Shown: positions 20,382 to 30,960, counted from the stretch's first letter. The stretch is 64,000 nt of DNA from Candidatus Multivoradales bacterium (GCA_965248925.1 CBDFLE010000005.1:1248001-1312000); one strand, 5' to 3'. Notes: a model not told the origin generated them from the sequence alone. A program made the numbers and translations.

Positions 20382-22146
20382 TTCTGCGTCCGAGCAAGAT
20401 CAGGTTCCCCTCTCGCTGGACCTCGATCCAGCGGATCGCGCCAGCGATCGGCTGCTGGCGAGGCTGGGATTCCTCGATGATGCGGCGCCGATCTTCGGAG
20501 CGGCGACCCAGCTACCGGGCGCCGGTGCTCTGCTGGCGATTCCCGCCCTGGTGGACAGCGGCGTGCTCTCCATCGCGCAGGAGCTGTACGGCAGCATCGG
20601 GCCGGCCTTCTATGGGCTGCGCACCACTCTGGTAACCCTGCTGCTGATGGCACTGTTGCGGGTCAAGCGACCCGAAGGGCTCAAGGAGCGCTCACCCCGG
20701 CATTTGGGTCAGCTTCTCGGGCTCGACCGAGCGCCGGAAGTGAAAACCTTGCGCAACAAGCTCGCTCGGCTGGCCGCGCATGGCCTGGCCGCGGATCTCG
20801 GTCGCGCCCTCGCTCAGCGCCGGGTCGCCACCAGGGGCCATGCCATGGGCTTCCTCTACGTGGACGGGCATGTGCGCGCCTACCACGGTGGCCGAGAGAT
20901 TCCCAAGACACACGTAGCGCGGATGCGGATCGCGATGCCGGCCACCACCGACTACTGGGTCAACGATGCTGAGAGCGAGCCTCTCTTCGTGGTCCCCACC
21001 GAGGCCAACAAGGGGCTTGCGACGATGCTTCCCCTCATTCTCGAAGAGGTACGAAAGCTACTCGGAGACCGGCGAGTCACCGTCGTCTTCGACCGTGGGG
21101 GTTGGAGCCCGAAGCTGTTTGCGAAGCTCATCGCCAAGAAGTTCGACATCCTCACATACCGAAAGGCCCCCTTTCGTCCGGTGCCGTTGAGCAAGTTCGG
21201 GCAGATCAAGGACACGATCCACGGGCGGAAGCTCGAGTACCTCCTCGCCGATCAGCGTATCTACCTCGAGTATGGCCCGAGGAAGAAGCGCAAGCGGCTG
21301 TACCTGCGCCAGGTCACCCGCCTCTGCGACAACGGCCACCAGACGTCCATCATCACCTCCCGCCGCGACCTCTCCACACTCGAGGTCGCCTACCGCATGT
21401 TCGATCGTTGGAGGCAAGAGAACTTCTTCAAATACCTGCGCGAAGAATTCGCACTCGATGCCCTGGTGGACTATGGCACCGAGCCAGCGGACGCCGCCCG
21501 CGATGTGCCGAATCCCGAGCGCGGCAAGATCAATGCAGAGCTGCGCAAAGCTCACGCACATCTCGAGCAGCTCCGGGCCCACATCGGGATCGCTGCTCTT
21601 GAAAACCGCGAGGATCGGCGGCGCACGATGCGCGGATTCAAGATCGCCAACGCCGCCATCTCCGCCAGGGTCCGGGCAGCGATAGAGCAGATCACCGAAC
21701 TCGAGAACCAGCGCGCGACCCTCCCCGTCCGCGTCCCCGTCCAAGAGGTCGTCGAAGCGGATGTCATCAAGCTGTCCGTCGAGCGCAAGCACCTCACCGA
21801 TATTCTCAAGATGGTCGCCTACCAGGCCGAAGGTGATCTTCTCCGGCTCCTATCACCCCACTACCGCCGCACCGAGCAGGAGGGACGCACCCTGATCCAA
21901 AGCGCTTTCGCGGCCGGCGGCGATATGGAGGTTACCGACACCGTGCTGCTCCTTTCCATCGACCCGCTCAGCTCTCCCCACAAGACGGCGGCGATCGCCG
22001 CCGTCTGCGAAGAACTCAACGCTACCGCCACCCACTTCCCCGGCACCGAGCTACGGATGCGGTTCGCGATCAAGAAGGCGCCACCCCGGAGCCTGGCCTT
22101 CCCAGGGCCTCGGAACACCTCCGGAGAGGCTCAACCGGACATTTGA
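19753..22146 (+). CDS. Large DDE-type transposase (797 aa) with two N-terminal HTH domains
   Basis: HTHs QREVALAFACDVRTVRR and SNREIGRRLGIDEKAVRK. Catalytic-type motifs YVDGH, VFDRGG and RWRQENFFKY. Fills the IR-bounded element. Confidence 0.88.
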   Translation: MALTSEHTVLFPDHAGVPDGVVVINDRCRLQQRGGYRVVVVSGMPLAHFAAGDRTGEAHAMVSLVELGWAQQREVALAFACDVRTVRRNQRRFEEGGLAALGRPRGFPRGQSRVAQGRLDAVNGWKAEGVSNREIGRRLGIDEKAVRKLAKRLGWKERSVVQMTMPFESADPKLSASDEQQVDGPLKTADLALDAEGGGDPAAADPKLSASASEQDQVPLSLDLDPADRASDRLLARLGFLDDAAPIFGAATQLPGAGALLAIPALVDSGVLSIAQELYGSIGPAFYGLRTTLVTLLLMALLRVKRPEGLKERSPRHLGQLLGLDRAPEVKTLRNKLARLAAHGLAADLGRALAQRRVATRGHAMGFLYVDGHVRAYHGGREIPKTHVARMRIAMPATTDYWVNDAESEPLFVVPTEANKGLATMLPLILEEVRKLLGDRRVTVVFDRGGWSPKLFAKLIAKKFDILTYRKAPFRPVPLSKFGQIKDTIHGRKLEYLLADQRIYLEYGPRKKRKRLYLRQVTRLCDNGHQTSIITSRRDLSTLEVAYRMFDRWRQENFFKYLREEFALDALVDYGTEPADAARDVPNPERGKINAELRKAHAHLEQLRAHIGIAALENREDRRRTMRGFKIANAAISARVRAAIEQITELENQRATLPVRVPVQEVVEADVIKLSVERKHLTDILKMVAYQAEGDLLRLLSPHYRRTEQEGRTLIQSAFAAGGDMEVTDTVLLLSIDPLSSPHKTAAIAAVCEELNATATHFPGTELRMRFAIKKAPPRSLAFPGPRNTSGEAQPDI

Positions 22147-23280
22147 GAAAAAGGGTATGTCAGGAGTTCTGGAATCGTTGAGGGAGGCGCCAACAGGTAG
22201 AATCTCGGCGCAGATCGGGCCGGATTGGATCTTGGCGAGGAAGGCCCCTTCTGCATCTTCGGAAGCGGTGTTGGGTTGCTGCCTTGCCTCACTACGCGAC
22301 GTCAACCAGGCGCCGACGATGACCAGAGCCGTTCCAGCGATCGCCGCTGGATGCACCGCCTCTCCAAGAACTACGATACCAAGGGCCACGGCGACGGGTG
22401 CTCCCAGGTAGATGGGCACTGACCCACGGGTGCTCCCTACCCTCCCTACCAGGGCGATCATCATCACGAAGGCGAGACCTGTACCGAGAACTCCCAAGGG
22501 AATCATCGCTAGAAGAGAGTTGGTGTTCCACTGTGAACCGGCCAAGTCCATCACGCCGAAAGGCACCACCACCGCTAGAGAGATGAGCTGAGCCCGGAGC
22601 AACACCGGAAGGGCTCCGTAGCGCTGCTGAAGCGGCACGGCGAGGTTGGCCGCGAGGCCGTAGAGGACGACTGAGAAAGCGATCATGCCGACTCCCAAAG
22701 CAGTAGATCTCGAAGAGATGAGCTGCGGCAAGGCGATAGCGACCACACCGCCGAAACCGACGAAGAGGCCAAGCCTCTGACTTGGACCCGGCAGGCGCCC
22801 GAGCAAGAGCGTGGCCCAGGCGGCGGTGGTCAGCGGCACCGCTCCGTTGATCATCCCTGCGACGGACGAATCGATCCATTGTTGAGCCATGGGAAAGAGA
22901 ACCAGGGGAATGCCCATCCACAGGATCCCCATCAAACCTATGCGGCCCAGGTCCGACCGGTGGACGGGTTTCCGGGCTTGGGGGAAGCACAAGAGCACGG
23001 CAGCACCGAGGAGTACCCGACTCGCGGCGATGACTCCCGGGCGAAGGCCCTCAAGGCCCAAATCGATCCAAAGAAAGGAAGAGCCCCAGATCAGCGCGAT
23101 GCACACCAGAAGTATCCATTCTACCGGGCCAAACGCCGTCGAAAATGTCCCCTCGGCAGTGAGCAGAAGCCGCCGCTGAATTGGCTCCGTCGGCTTCTGG
23201 GGATCACTAGCAGAGACCGCCCTCCGTAAATCTTGGTTCGATTCGATGTTTCCTTCTCGCACGGCGCTTTCCACTTTCAT
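22051..23280 (-). CDS. EamA/DMT-family transporter; C-terminus reads through into IS sequence
   Basis: WGSSF, ten-TM pattern, LGTGLAF and LGE motifs. Bases 22051-22243 of the ORF are IS-derived. Confidence 0.88.
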   Translation of the reverse strand: MKVESAVREGNIESNQDLRRAVSASDPQKPTEPIQRRLLLTAEGTFSTAFGPVEWILLVCIALIWGSSFLWIDLGLEGLRPGVIAASRVLLGAAVLLCFPQARKPVHRSDLGRIGLMGILWMGIPLVLFPMAQQWIDSSVAGMINGAVPLTTAAWATLLLGRLPGPSQRLGLFVGFGGVVAIALPQLISSRSTALGVGMIAFSVVLYGLAANLAVPLQQRYGALPVLLRAQLISLAVVVPFGVMDLAGSQWNTNSLLAMIPLGVLGTGLAFVMMIALVGRVGSTRGSVPIYLGAPVAVALGIVVLGEAVHPAAIAGTALVIVGAWLTSRSEARQQPNTASEDAEGAFLAKIQSGPICAEILPVGASLNDSRTPDIPFFSNVRLSLSGGVPRPWEGQAPGWRLLDREPHP

Positions 23281-23376
23281 CGTTTGTCTTCTCCCCTGGG
23301 TTCGGTTGAAGATTGAGGGCAAGCCGAACTTAAGACAAGCGAAACTTTCTTACGGTTTTCCTGTAGAGTTTCTAAC

Positions 23377-24289
23377 GTGTTAGATCTACAGCGCCTCCGG
23401 ACCCTCCAAGCCGTCTCCCAATACGGCTCCCTCAGCGGAGCCGCCGACGCCCTGTACCTCACCGCTTCGGCGGTGTCCCAGCAGCTGAGCAAGCTGGAAA
23501 CGGAAACCGGCCAAAAGCTCCTGGAACGGCAAGGCCGTGGTATTCGCCTCACAGACGCCGCCTGTCTTTTGGTGAGCCACGCGGATCGAATCCTGTCTCT
23601 GGTGGAACAAGCAGAGGCCGATCTAGAAGAAAAGAAAGGTGGCGTCATCGGTAGCCTGACCCTCGGGGCCTTCGCCACAGCAGCCCGAAGCCTTCTCCCG
23701 AGGACCCTTCGCCAACTTCAGGAAACCTATCCGGGCCTTTCAGTCAGCTTGCGGGAAATGGAGCCTGAGCAGGCCCTTGCCGGCGTCACTCGGGGCACGC
23801 TGGATCTCTCCGTCGTCGTCGCCTGGGCTAACGCCCCCCCTGGAGATCTCGGACCACCTCGCCCAGGAGGTTTTGTTTACTGACTCTGCGGACTTGGCCC
23901 TACCTGCGAGTCATCCCTTGGCGGCGAGGGAATCCGTGCGCCTCGAGGAATTCCAGGATCAAGTCTGGATCAGCTGGCCCCGCGGCTCCATCTGCCACGA
24001 TTGGTTGGTTCTAACCCTCCGCGGCCTAGGCTCCGAACCCAACATCGCCCACACGGCCCTAGAACACGCGACCCAAGTCGCCCTGGTAGAAGCCGGCCTG
24101 GGCGCCGCAGTTCTCCCCCGCCTCGGCCGTAGCCCCTTGCCTAAAGGTGTACACATCGTCCCGGTAACCCCAGCCCTGGAGCGGCAGGTGTTCGCCGTAT
24201 GGCGAAAAGACGCCAGCCGCCGCCCGGCCATCGCCACCCTCGTCGACACCTTGTGCCACCAGGGGAAGAGCTACTGTTCTATGGTCTGA
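23377..24289 (+). pseudogene. LysR-family transcriptional regulator, split by a +1 frameshift in a C7 tract
   Basis: HTH GSLSGAADALYLTASAVSQQLSKLE. The substrate-binding domain continues in another frame after CCCCCCC (23834-23840); C6 would restore the frame. Divergent from EamA. Confidence 0.88.
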
Positions 24290-24365
24290 GGGCTTCGAAA
24301 GCGTCGGGCTCGCCTCTGGTCACGACCCTTCCGCTGCCGTTAGACCTGCATTGGCCCTCGCTTCC

Positions 24366-24617
24366 CTACTCCGCTCCAGAGCCGAGTTCAATGTCCAGCA
24401 TATCCAACCCCCGCCGCTCCGCCTTCTTGGCCATGACGGGTTCGAAAACCCGGGCAAACGCCGCGAGCTGCGCCAGACCTTCCCGGCCAGCATCTGCATG
24501 CTTCAGGGGAATAGCTCCGAAAGCCCGAGTCACCGATACGAGCGCCAGGACAAGCCCGAGATCAGCGTCAGCATCGAGCATGCAACGCTTGCAGACTGGC
24601 TCCTCATCTTGATAGCC
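24366..24617 (-). pseudogene. Truncated small CxxC hypothetical protein
   Basis: Frame reads GYQDEEPVCKRCMLDADADLGLVLAL...QLAAFARVFEPVMAKKAERRGLD...AE*. A homologue lies at 30825-30950 with mostly synonymous differences. Confidence 0.55.
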
Positions 24618-24619
24618 CC

Positions 24620-24853
24620 TTGCAAGCTTTGCTGCAGACTAAGCGGCTACGCCTACCCAAGAACTCCGATGCCGAGGCCTTGGCCCACGAGTTAAGGAAC
24701 TACGAGATCCGCGTGGATGAGAACGCCAACGACCGCTACGGTGCTTTCAAAGTCGGCACTCACGACGATCTAGTCACCGCTCTAGGACTCGCTGTACAAG
24801 ACGATGGGCTCGGGCTGTTAGCGGCTGCGCAAGAGCGCATTTATTCGGTGTAA
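24620..24853 (+). pseudogene. Phage terminase large subunit C-terminal (nuclease) fragment
   Basis: ALAHELRNYE...GTHDDLVTALGLAV resembles the terminase RNase H C-terminal HDDxVxAxALA motif. Confidence 0.6.
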
Positions 24854-25182
24854 TCCGATCCCGGGTGCTGCCCTTGCTCGGGCCGAGCGGTACTTTGGAG
24901 ATACTTGAGATACCCCTGGATATCTCCAAGGCTGTCGAGTTCTCGGATCACCGGCACAAAATAGGCCAGTGATCGGATCTTGGCCAGACTTGGTGCCTCT
25001 GGAGATCGATAGATGCGTCGACCGACTGCAAGGAGAATGGCCGCTCTGATCTGATCGATGGAGACTTTCTGGTGGTGGAGATCTAGAGCGAGCTTGCGGT
25101 CATTGGGTCTTGCCAGAGCAGGGGTCTCGTGTTGCTTGAGATAAGCTCTGAGAACCGCCTGGACGTAGTCGCCCTTGCTCAT
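24841..25182 (-). CDS. Hypothetical protein downstream of istB (IS21-associated accessory ORF)
   Basis: ATGA overlap with the istB stop; [13 protein letters not shown] motif; ends near a candidate TGTAATCC IS end at 24849. Confidence 0.6.
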   Translation of the reverse strand: MSKGDYVQAVLRAYLKQHETPALARPNDRKLALDLHHQKVSIDQIRAAILLAVGRRIYRSPEAPSLAKIRSLAYFVPVIRELDSLGDIQGYLKYLQSTARPEQGQHPGSDYTE

Positions 25183-25337
25183 GATGTCTTTGCCTTTCGG
25201 CGCCGCGCGCGGTCTTGTGCCCGCCGTTTCTTCTCCTCTTCCGCTTCTTTACGCCGATAGGAATCGCCTTCGATGGTGACGATCTCGGCGTGATGCACGA
25301 GTCGATCGACGAGGGTGACCACGCAGGTGGCATCGAA
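25179..25337 (-). pseudogene. istB: IS21-family helper ATPase IstB, C-terminal fragment
   Basis: Frame reads [28 protein letters not shown]...*. Confidence 0.8.
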
Positions 25338-25509
25338 CGCAGCTCGCAGAGAAGCTCCGTACAGCGCAAGAGAGTCGTCAAGGCCAACGGTCGTTCTACT
25401 CCGTTCCTGAGAGCAACTCCGAGGTCATTCGCAGCCAGTTCCCTCTGTGCCAATGTAGGTGAGACACTCCCGTACCGATAAATTAGTGAGGGCGTGGAGA
25501 GCAAACACC

Positions 25510-25923
25510 ATGGCGAGTCCAAGCCACGAGCTGCGAGATATGAGTGCTGACCGACCAGATCCCGAGGTAACTGAGAAGGCGAAGCGGCGGCGGTACAGCG
25601 CGTCGTACAAGCTGAGCATCGTCCAGGCCGCCGACGCCTGTAGCAAAGCCGGCGAGATTGGCGCCCTGCTTCGCCGGGAGGGTCTGTATTCCTCACTCCT
25701 ATCGAAGTGGCGCCAGCAACGCGATGCCAGTGCTCTGGCCGGTCTGTCGAAGAAGCGCGGTCGCAAGCGTCGACCGGTCTCTGCCGAGGCCCGCCGCGTC
25801 GCGGAGCTTGAGCGTGAGAATGCCCGGCTCAAGCATCAGCTGTACAAAGCCGAGACGATCATCGATGTCCAAAAAAAACTTTCCCGGCTGCTAGGGATCG
25901 AGCCGAGCGAGAGCCAGCCATGA
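25510..25923 (+). CDS. IS3-family transposase OrfA
   Basis: Same as copy 1 with one substitution; A8 at 25871-25878. Confidence 0.9.
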   Translation: MASPSHELRDMSADRPDPEVTEKAKRRRYSASYKLSIVQAADACSKAGEIGALLRREGLYSSLLSKWRQQRDASALAGLSKKRGRKRRPVSAEARRVAELERENARLKHQLYKAETIIDVQKKLSRLLGIEPSESQP

Positions 25924-27041
25924 GCGCTGTGGCGCCGCTGGCCGAGACGGTGGGGGTGCAAGCAGCCTGCGTCGCCTTGGCGGTCCCCAGAGCCACTTTC
26001 TATCGCCGCCGTCGGCAGCAGAGCGCAGGGCCGCAGCTATCAACGCGGCCTCGACCGCCGCTGGCATTGACGCCCGCTGAACGCCAGGAGGTCCTCGATG
26101 TGTTGCACTCGGAGCGCTTCGTCGACCGCTCGCCGCGTCAAGTCTGGGCGGCGCTGCTGGACGAGGATCAGCGCCATATCTGCTCGGTGCGCACCATGTA
26201 CCGGGTCCTGGAGTCTGAGGGCGAGCTGCGCGAGCGACGCCGTCAGCGGCGTCATCCCAACTACACCAAGCCCGAACTGCTGGCCACAGGGCCGAACGAG
26301 GTGTGGTCGTGGGACATCACCAAGCTCAAGGGCCCGGTGAAGTGGACCCACTACTACCTTTACGTAATTCTGGACGTCTTCAGCCGCTACATCGTCGGCT
26401 GGATGCTCGCCTGCCGCGAGTCCGGAGGGCTCGCGAAGCGGTTGATCGCCGACAGTGTTGAGAAGCAAGGTGTTGAGCGAGATCGACTTACCTTGCACTC
26501 GGACCGCGGTTCGAGCATGACATCCAAGCCAGTGGCTCTACTGCTGGCCGATCTCGGGATGACACGGTCGCTGAACCGGCCCTACACGAGCAACGACAAT
26601 CCGTTCTCTGAGGCCCAGTTCAAGACGCTCAAGTACCATCCGAGCTTTCCCGACCGCTTCGGATCACTGGAAGATGCACGAGCATTCTGCCGCTCGTTCA
26701 TCGGCTGGTACAACACGCAGCACTACCACACAGGACTCGGCTTGTTGACGCCAGAGACCGTCCACTACGGCCTCACGGCCTCAGTACTGGAGCAACGTCG
26801 AGAAGTCCTCGCCGCCGCCTCAGCCGCTCATCCAAGCCGCTTCAAGCGGCGAGCGCCGGCTTTGCCGGAGCCCAGTGACAAGGTCTGGATCAACCCGCCG
26901 ACCACCGCCGCCAGCACTGACCCAGTCGATACCGAGAACGTAGTGACACACCGCGTACACAACGACGCACCAGGCGAGACCCCTGGCTGCGCGCCCTCGC
27001 TGAAAGCGATGGTGCCGGAGCCACTACCGATTCCGTACTAA
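25920..27041 (+). CDS. IS3-family transposase OrfB
   Basis: DDE motifs as in copy 1. Confidence 0.93.
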   Translation: MSAVAPLAETVGVQAACVALAVPRATFYRRRRQQSAGPQLSTRPRPPLALTPAERQEVLDVLHSERFVDRSPRQVWAALLDEDQRHICSVRTMYRVLESEGELRERRRQRRHPNYTKPELLATGPNEVWSWDITKLKGPVKWTHYYLYVILDVFSRYIVGWMLACRESGGLAKRLIADSVEKQGVERDRLTLHSDRGSSMTSKPVALLLADLGMTRSLNRPYTSNDNPFSEAQFKTLKYHPSFPDRFGSLEDARAFCRSFIGWYNTQHYHTGLGLLTPETVHYGLTASVLEQRREVLAAASAAHPSRFKRRAPALPEPSDKVWINPPTTAASTDPVDTENVVTHRVHNDAPGETPGCAPSLKAMVPEPLPIPY

Positions 27042-27081
27042 TTCCCAGAAGAAAGTGTCTCACTTTCATTGACACATTCCG

Positions 27082-27448
27082 GTTGGAGCAGCTCTACCAA
27101 GACGGTGTCACCATCGAGGAAGTGTGGCAGGGAGCTGCCGAAGGCTTTCAAGCAGAAGAGAGCATTGAAGCTGTCGCCAACTACCTGGAATCCGGTCTGC
27201 TCCGTGTGCATCAGTTTCAAACCGAACAGCTCCTGCAAGCCATCGAGCCGGGAGAGTGGAGTGCAGACGCGGTGATCGAACGTGCGTCAGACGCCTGGCG
27301 GCAGGAAGCCTTCGGCGCCTACGGCGAGGTGTTGTGTTGGCTGGTTTATTTGGCCGGTCTGCATCGACCTAGTGAACCGAACGAGCCAGTGGGCTGGGAC
27401 CTACCCATCATCGAAACTGGGATCTTCGGTCCTGCCGGGCGTTGGTGA
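27082..27448 (+). pseudogene. 3' part of a hypothetical gene interrupted by IS3 copy 2
   Basis: Removing the IS joins ...SNSEVIRSQ (to 25440) in frame with LEQLYQDGVTIEEVW... Confidence 0.6.
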
Positions 27449-27573
27449 GCGCAGAACTACCCGCCAGACCTAGCAGCTGTTCAGCCGATGTCGACAGACT
27501 GAAGTCGCCCAGATCCACGAATCGTCGGTGACCCCAAGTCGACCAGTCGTTGCCTCCTCCGACGCTCCGACTG

Positions 27574-28040
27574 CTAGCTCAAGTTGTCAGTATCCTGCCT
27601 CTGCATCAGACAGCTTGCCATACTTGACGTAGAACTGATTCTGAAACAACTCTCCGGGATCGTACTTCGTTTGCTGTCGAAGAATCTACCTGACTGCGGG
27701 TAGGCCTTGGAGAACTGCCCGGGCGTAGCATGAAGGCGATAAGGAAGATAGAACCTTCCTTCGTGCTCGATAGCCGCATTGATCAGTTCACGCGTGAGAG
27801 CTTGCATCCGAGCCTCGTCATCAATGGTCCTGCCCTGGACAAACAGCGGTACGAATGCAGCCATAGGCTGGTCTGCATAACGCAGAAATGTGTCGTTGTC
27901 TTCATTGACCAAATGGACCGTGACATTAAGTAAGTTGGCCCCACTTTGTCGAATGATCCCGCGCATCGCGTCGACAAATCCCGCGAAGTGGTGACGGGGA
28001 ACGAAATACTCATGCAGGATGTCCGTTGACTCCGCCGACC
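27574..28040 (-). pseudogene. FAD-linked oxidoreductase (DprE1/ALO-like) C-terminal fragment
   Basis: DILHEYFVP...LLNVTV...GRFYLPY and, after a frameshift, KYDPGELFQNQFY. N-terminal FAD domain absent. Confidence 0.7.
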
Positions 28041-28096
28041 TATTTTGGAAGACGCCAACGCTCTCGGGTTGCCGACAACATTTCGGAGTCCGACCG

Positions 28097-28522
28097 ATGA
28101 AGAAGACCTTCCCTACCGCCAGCTCTGCGATTCGAATCGGCTCCAGCGAGCCCTACCAGTTCGAGGTCATCTCGACCGCCAACCAGGAGAGGCTCTATGG
28201 CTTCTCGGAAGGGTTCATCAGCCTCGAAGAGGAAGGGGCGAGCTACGCGATCTCCGACGAGTTCGACGGCAAGTTGCCTTACACAAACGGCGGCTACATT
28301 ATCTTTTCCGAACCTGACTCGATAGCACTCACGATCCAGGGCGCCAACCTACTGATGCTGAGCACCGCTGCCCAAGAGCAAACTGCATCGAGCCTGATAC
28401 TGACCGACACAACAGTGTATTTACGGCTGGCAAGGCCTGAGAACGGCGACCCGTGGGGGCTGGAATTTACTCTAAAGTTCTATACCCAGATCAACCAGAT
28501 CGTCCACCGAAACTCTGCTTGA
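28097..28522 (+). CDS. Hypothetical protein
   Basis: GGAG at 28085-28088 before the ATG; no recognisable motif. Confidence 0.4.
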   Translation: MKKTFPTASSAIRIGSSEPYQFEVISTANQERLYGFSEGFISLEEEGASYAISDEFDGKLPYTNGGYIIFSEPDSIALTIQGANLLMLSTAAQEQTASSLILTDTTVYLRLARPENGDPWGLEFTLKFYTQINQIVHRNSA

Positions 28523-28766
28523 GCTAGCAAAGACTGACCACCATCTCTGTCACAACGCATAGTACTGCGGCCGACGCTGGGCTGTGGTCAACGAAAATCG
28601 CTCGGAATCTCGCGGCCTACGGTGGACTCAGAACTTATTGAGGTGTCCGAAAAATCGGGGCAGTCCCAGGAGCGCTGTACGAGGGTCTTGTGGCTACCCG
28701 CGGAGCCCCTTCCAAAAACGCGATCTTCTACAGCGTCGCTGACGACCCGGCGGCGGCCGGCGACCG

Positions 28767-30169
28767 CTATGGAAATGAGAAGAACGGCTCGCCGGTGAGC
28801 TTGGCGACACCCCAGTCCAGGTCGAGCTTGCCGGCCGTTCCCGTATCGACAATGCCCACCATGACTATGCCGCCATCGAGTTGGATCGTCAGGTCGGTAG
28901 CCAGGTCGGTTTTGTGCGCGCCGATGTCGAAGGGCACCAAGGCGAAACCCTGAGACCCGAAGCCCGGATCCAGCGTGCCGTCATCGAGGAGCCGAACGGC
29001 GGCAAAGTCCCGATCCGTCGTCGTATAACTGGCTTCGCCAACGGCGACCAGCTTATTGTTGGCGACCTGTGCCACGGCCCACGCTCGGCTACCGTGTGGA
29101 TAGGGAAAGGAGATCATCTGCCGCCCGTCGGTCGAGAAGCTGGCGTCGAGTGAGCCGCTGGAGGTCAGGCGCGTGAGGGCAAACATCGGATCCGAGGCGC
29201 CTGGCGCCGTCGTCTCGCCTACCAGCAAGATTCGTTGGGATGTGTCGATGGTGACGTCATAGGCAAGTTCGGCGGTCTGCTGTGCTGGGTAGAAGTCGAT
29301 CACCTGTTTGCCGCCAGCGCCGAAGGTCGAGTCTAGAGAGCCGTCGACGTTCAGACGGCTGATGGCGAAATCACGTACGTTGGTGGTTTCGGCGAAACCG
29401 GCCAGCACGACTTTACCGTCGGCTTGAATAGCCGCGGCATGGAGTTGGTCGTCCTTCGAGCTGGCGAGATCGAAGGCAACCAGCGAGTAGCCAAAGGCAC
29501 CGTAGGTCGAGTCTAGACTGCCGTTCGTCAGCAGTCGCAGGGCCAGGAATCGCGATCGGTGCCACCCGGCCACCAAATCGACCCGGCCAAGATTATCTTG
29601 CCGTCGCTCTGTTGCAGGACCTCCTCAGCATATTCGATCGTGCCAGAACCGGAGAGGTAGCTGAGCGTTGCCTTGCCGCCACTGCCGAATGAGGCGTCCA
29701 AACTACCGTCCAGATTCAGGCGCGCGACCATGAAGTCTGATTCATTGTTCGGCCCGGCCTGAGTGCCGCCGGTGACCAGAATCTTGGCGTCACTTTGGAT
29801 GGTCACTGCATTGCAATAGCTCAGACCATAGATCGGGCTGAAATCGACCGTGACCTGACCGTTGGTGCCAAAGTTGGTGTCGACTGAGCCGTCGACCAAG
29901 GTGCGTACCACGGTACAGAAACCGGTCGCCGGATCGGTCGGTGACCAAGAGCGGCCGATGATCACCAGCTTGCCGTCAGCTTGGCTGGTCACCGCCATCG
30001 CTTCGTCGATCGGATGATTGGCCGTATTCCAGGACAGCACTTCCTTGCCACCGGAACCGAAACTCGGATCGAGCTGACCTGTCGGTTGAGCCGACACAGG
30101 CCCTGGGACGATGCAAGTCATGGTCAGGGCTAGGCAGACGGTGAGGGGAGTGGTCGTGGGTCGGGGCAT
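28767..30169 (-). pseudogene. Secreted delta-60-repeat (beta-propeller) protein, frameshifted
   Basis: GGAGG RBS and signal peptide. Repeats LDPSFGSGG/QADGKLV/DGSLD.TFG. One T is missing near 29549 (DRD-SWP instead of DRD-FLALRL). Confidence 0.85.
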
Positions 30170-30824
30170 GTGGGCCTCCTGGTCTACGGTGTCGATCAGC
30201 GGATCAACTCGTGAGTAGACTCTGAAGATTAGGTTTCGCCGCTTTCGCCATGTCGTCGGTGATTAGCACCAGCGCCTGCGTCCAGGCAAGGCTGAAGGTT
30301 GGCGACCAGCTCATCGTCTAAGCCGAAAGTGCCAACCAATTCCGGCCTGCAGGGATCGACCGGATAGGCTTCCCATTCTCTGGAATCGAGAAGAGTGCTG
30401 CCTCCACCTGGGACGGCGAAGGTCTTGTCACCGGTGTCGATACCGAGAAACCGCAAGGAGGCACTGCCTCAGTGCGGCCACCTCCTTCTTTCTGCCAAGG
30501 CTCAGTCACCGCTACTACTTAGGACCTCAGTCTGCCACGCATTCCGTCGACAGAAGCTAAGCTTGAGCACAAAGGGACCCTCTTTGGATCGGCGTGCCAG
30601 CGCCTCCAGTGCGCAGCACCATGGCGACAATCTCGGAGTCCAACAGCAACTTAGGCCTATGTCGTAGAATCCGGCTACGCGGGGTGCTGTTCGCCACAGT
30701 TTCATCCGCCCGTAGCTACAGTGGTCTACCAGTCGTTCGCCGCAGCAAATACATCCTGCCTGATTGCGGCCAAGAGTGCATGACCGAACCATGATCCGCG
30801 CTTCTCTGGATGCCTTCGCTTCTT

Positions 30825-30950
30825 CTACTCCGCATCGGAGTGGCCTTCGATCTGCGCCAAATCCAACCCCCGCCGCTCCGTCTTCTTTGCCATCACATGT
30901 TCAAAGACTCTCGCGAATGCGGCCAGCTGCTCCACACACGCCGCGGCCCA
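30825..30950 (-). pseudogene. Second remnant of the small protein at 24366
   Basis: VEQLAAFARVFEHVMAKKTERRGLDLAQIEGHSDAE*. Confidence 0.55.
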
Positions 30951-30960
30951 ACTCGCGGAG

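Larger units (their letters stand above)
19643..22171 (+). mobile_element. Unclassified (ISNCY-like) IS, 2529 bp, nested in the IS481-like element
   Basis: IRs CAGACCTCCTGACCTACCC / reverse complement CAGAACTCCTGACATACCC (17/19). 5-bp TSD GAATC (19638-19642, 22172-22176). Confidence 0.92.
18445..22243 (+). mobile_element. IS481-like element, copy 2, interrupted near its right end by a nested IS
   Basis: Left end TGTGCCTCGACAACAAAATACCGACCTGTTTTCTCAACGACT matches copy 1. Homology with copy 1 stops at 19642 and resumes at 22177 (GTTGAGGGAGGCGCCAACAGGTAGAATCTCGGCG...TTGGCGAGG). Confidence 0.8.
25441..27081 (+). mobile_element. IS3-family element, copy 2 (1641 bp)
   Basis: Near-identical to 13207-14847. 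3-bp TSD GTT (25438-25440, 27082-27084). Confidence 0.93.
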
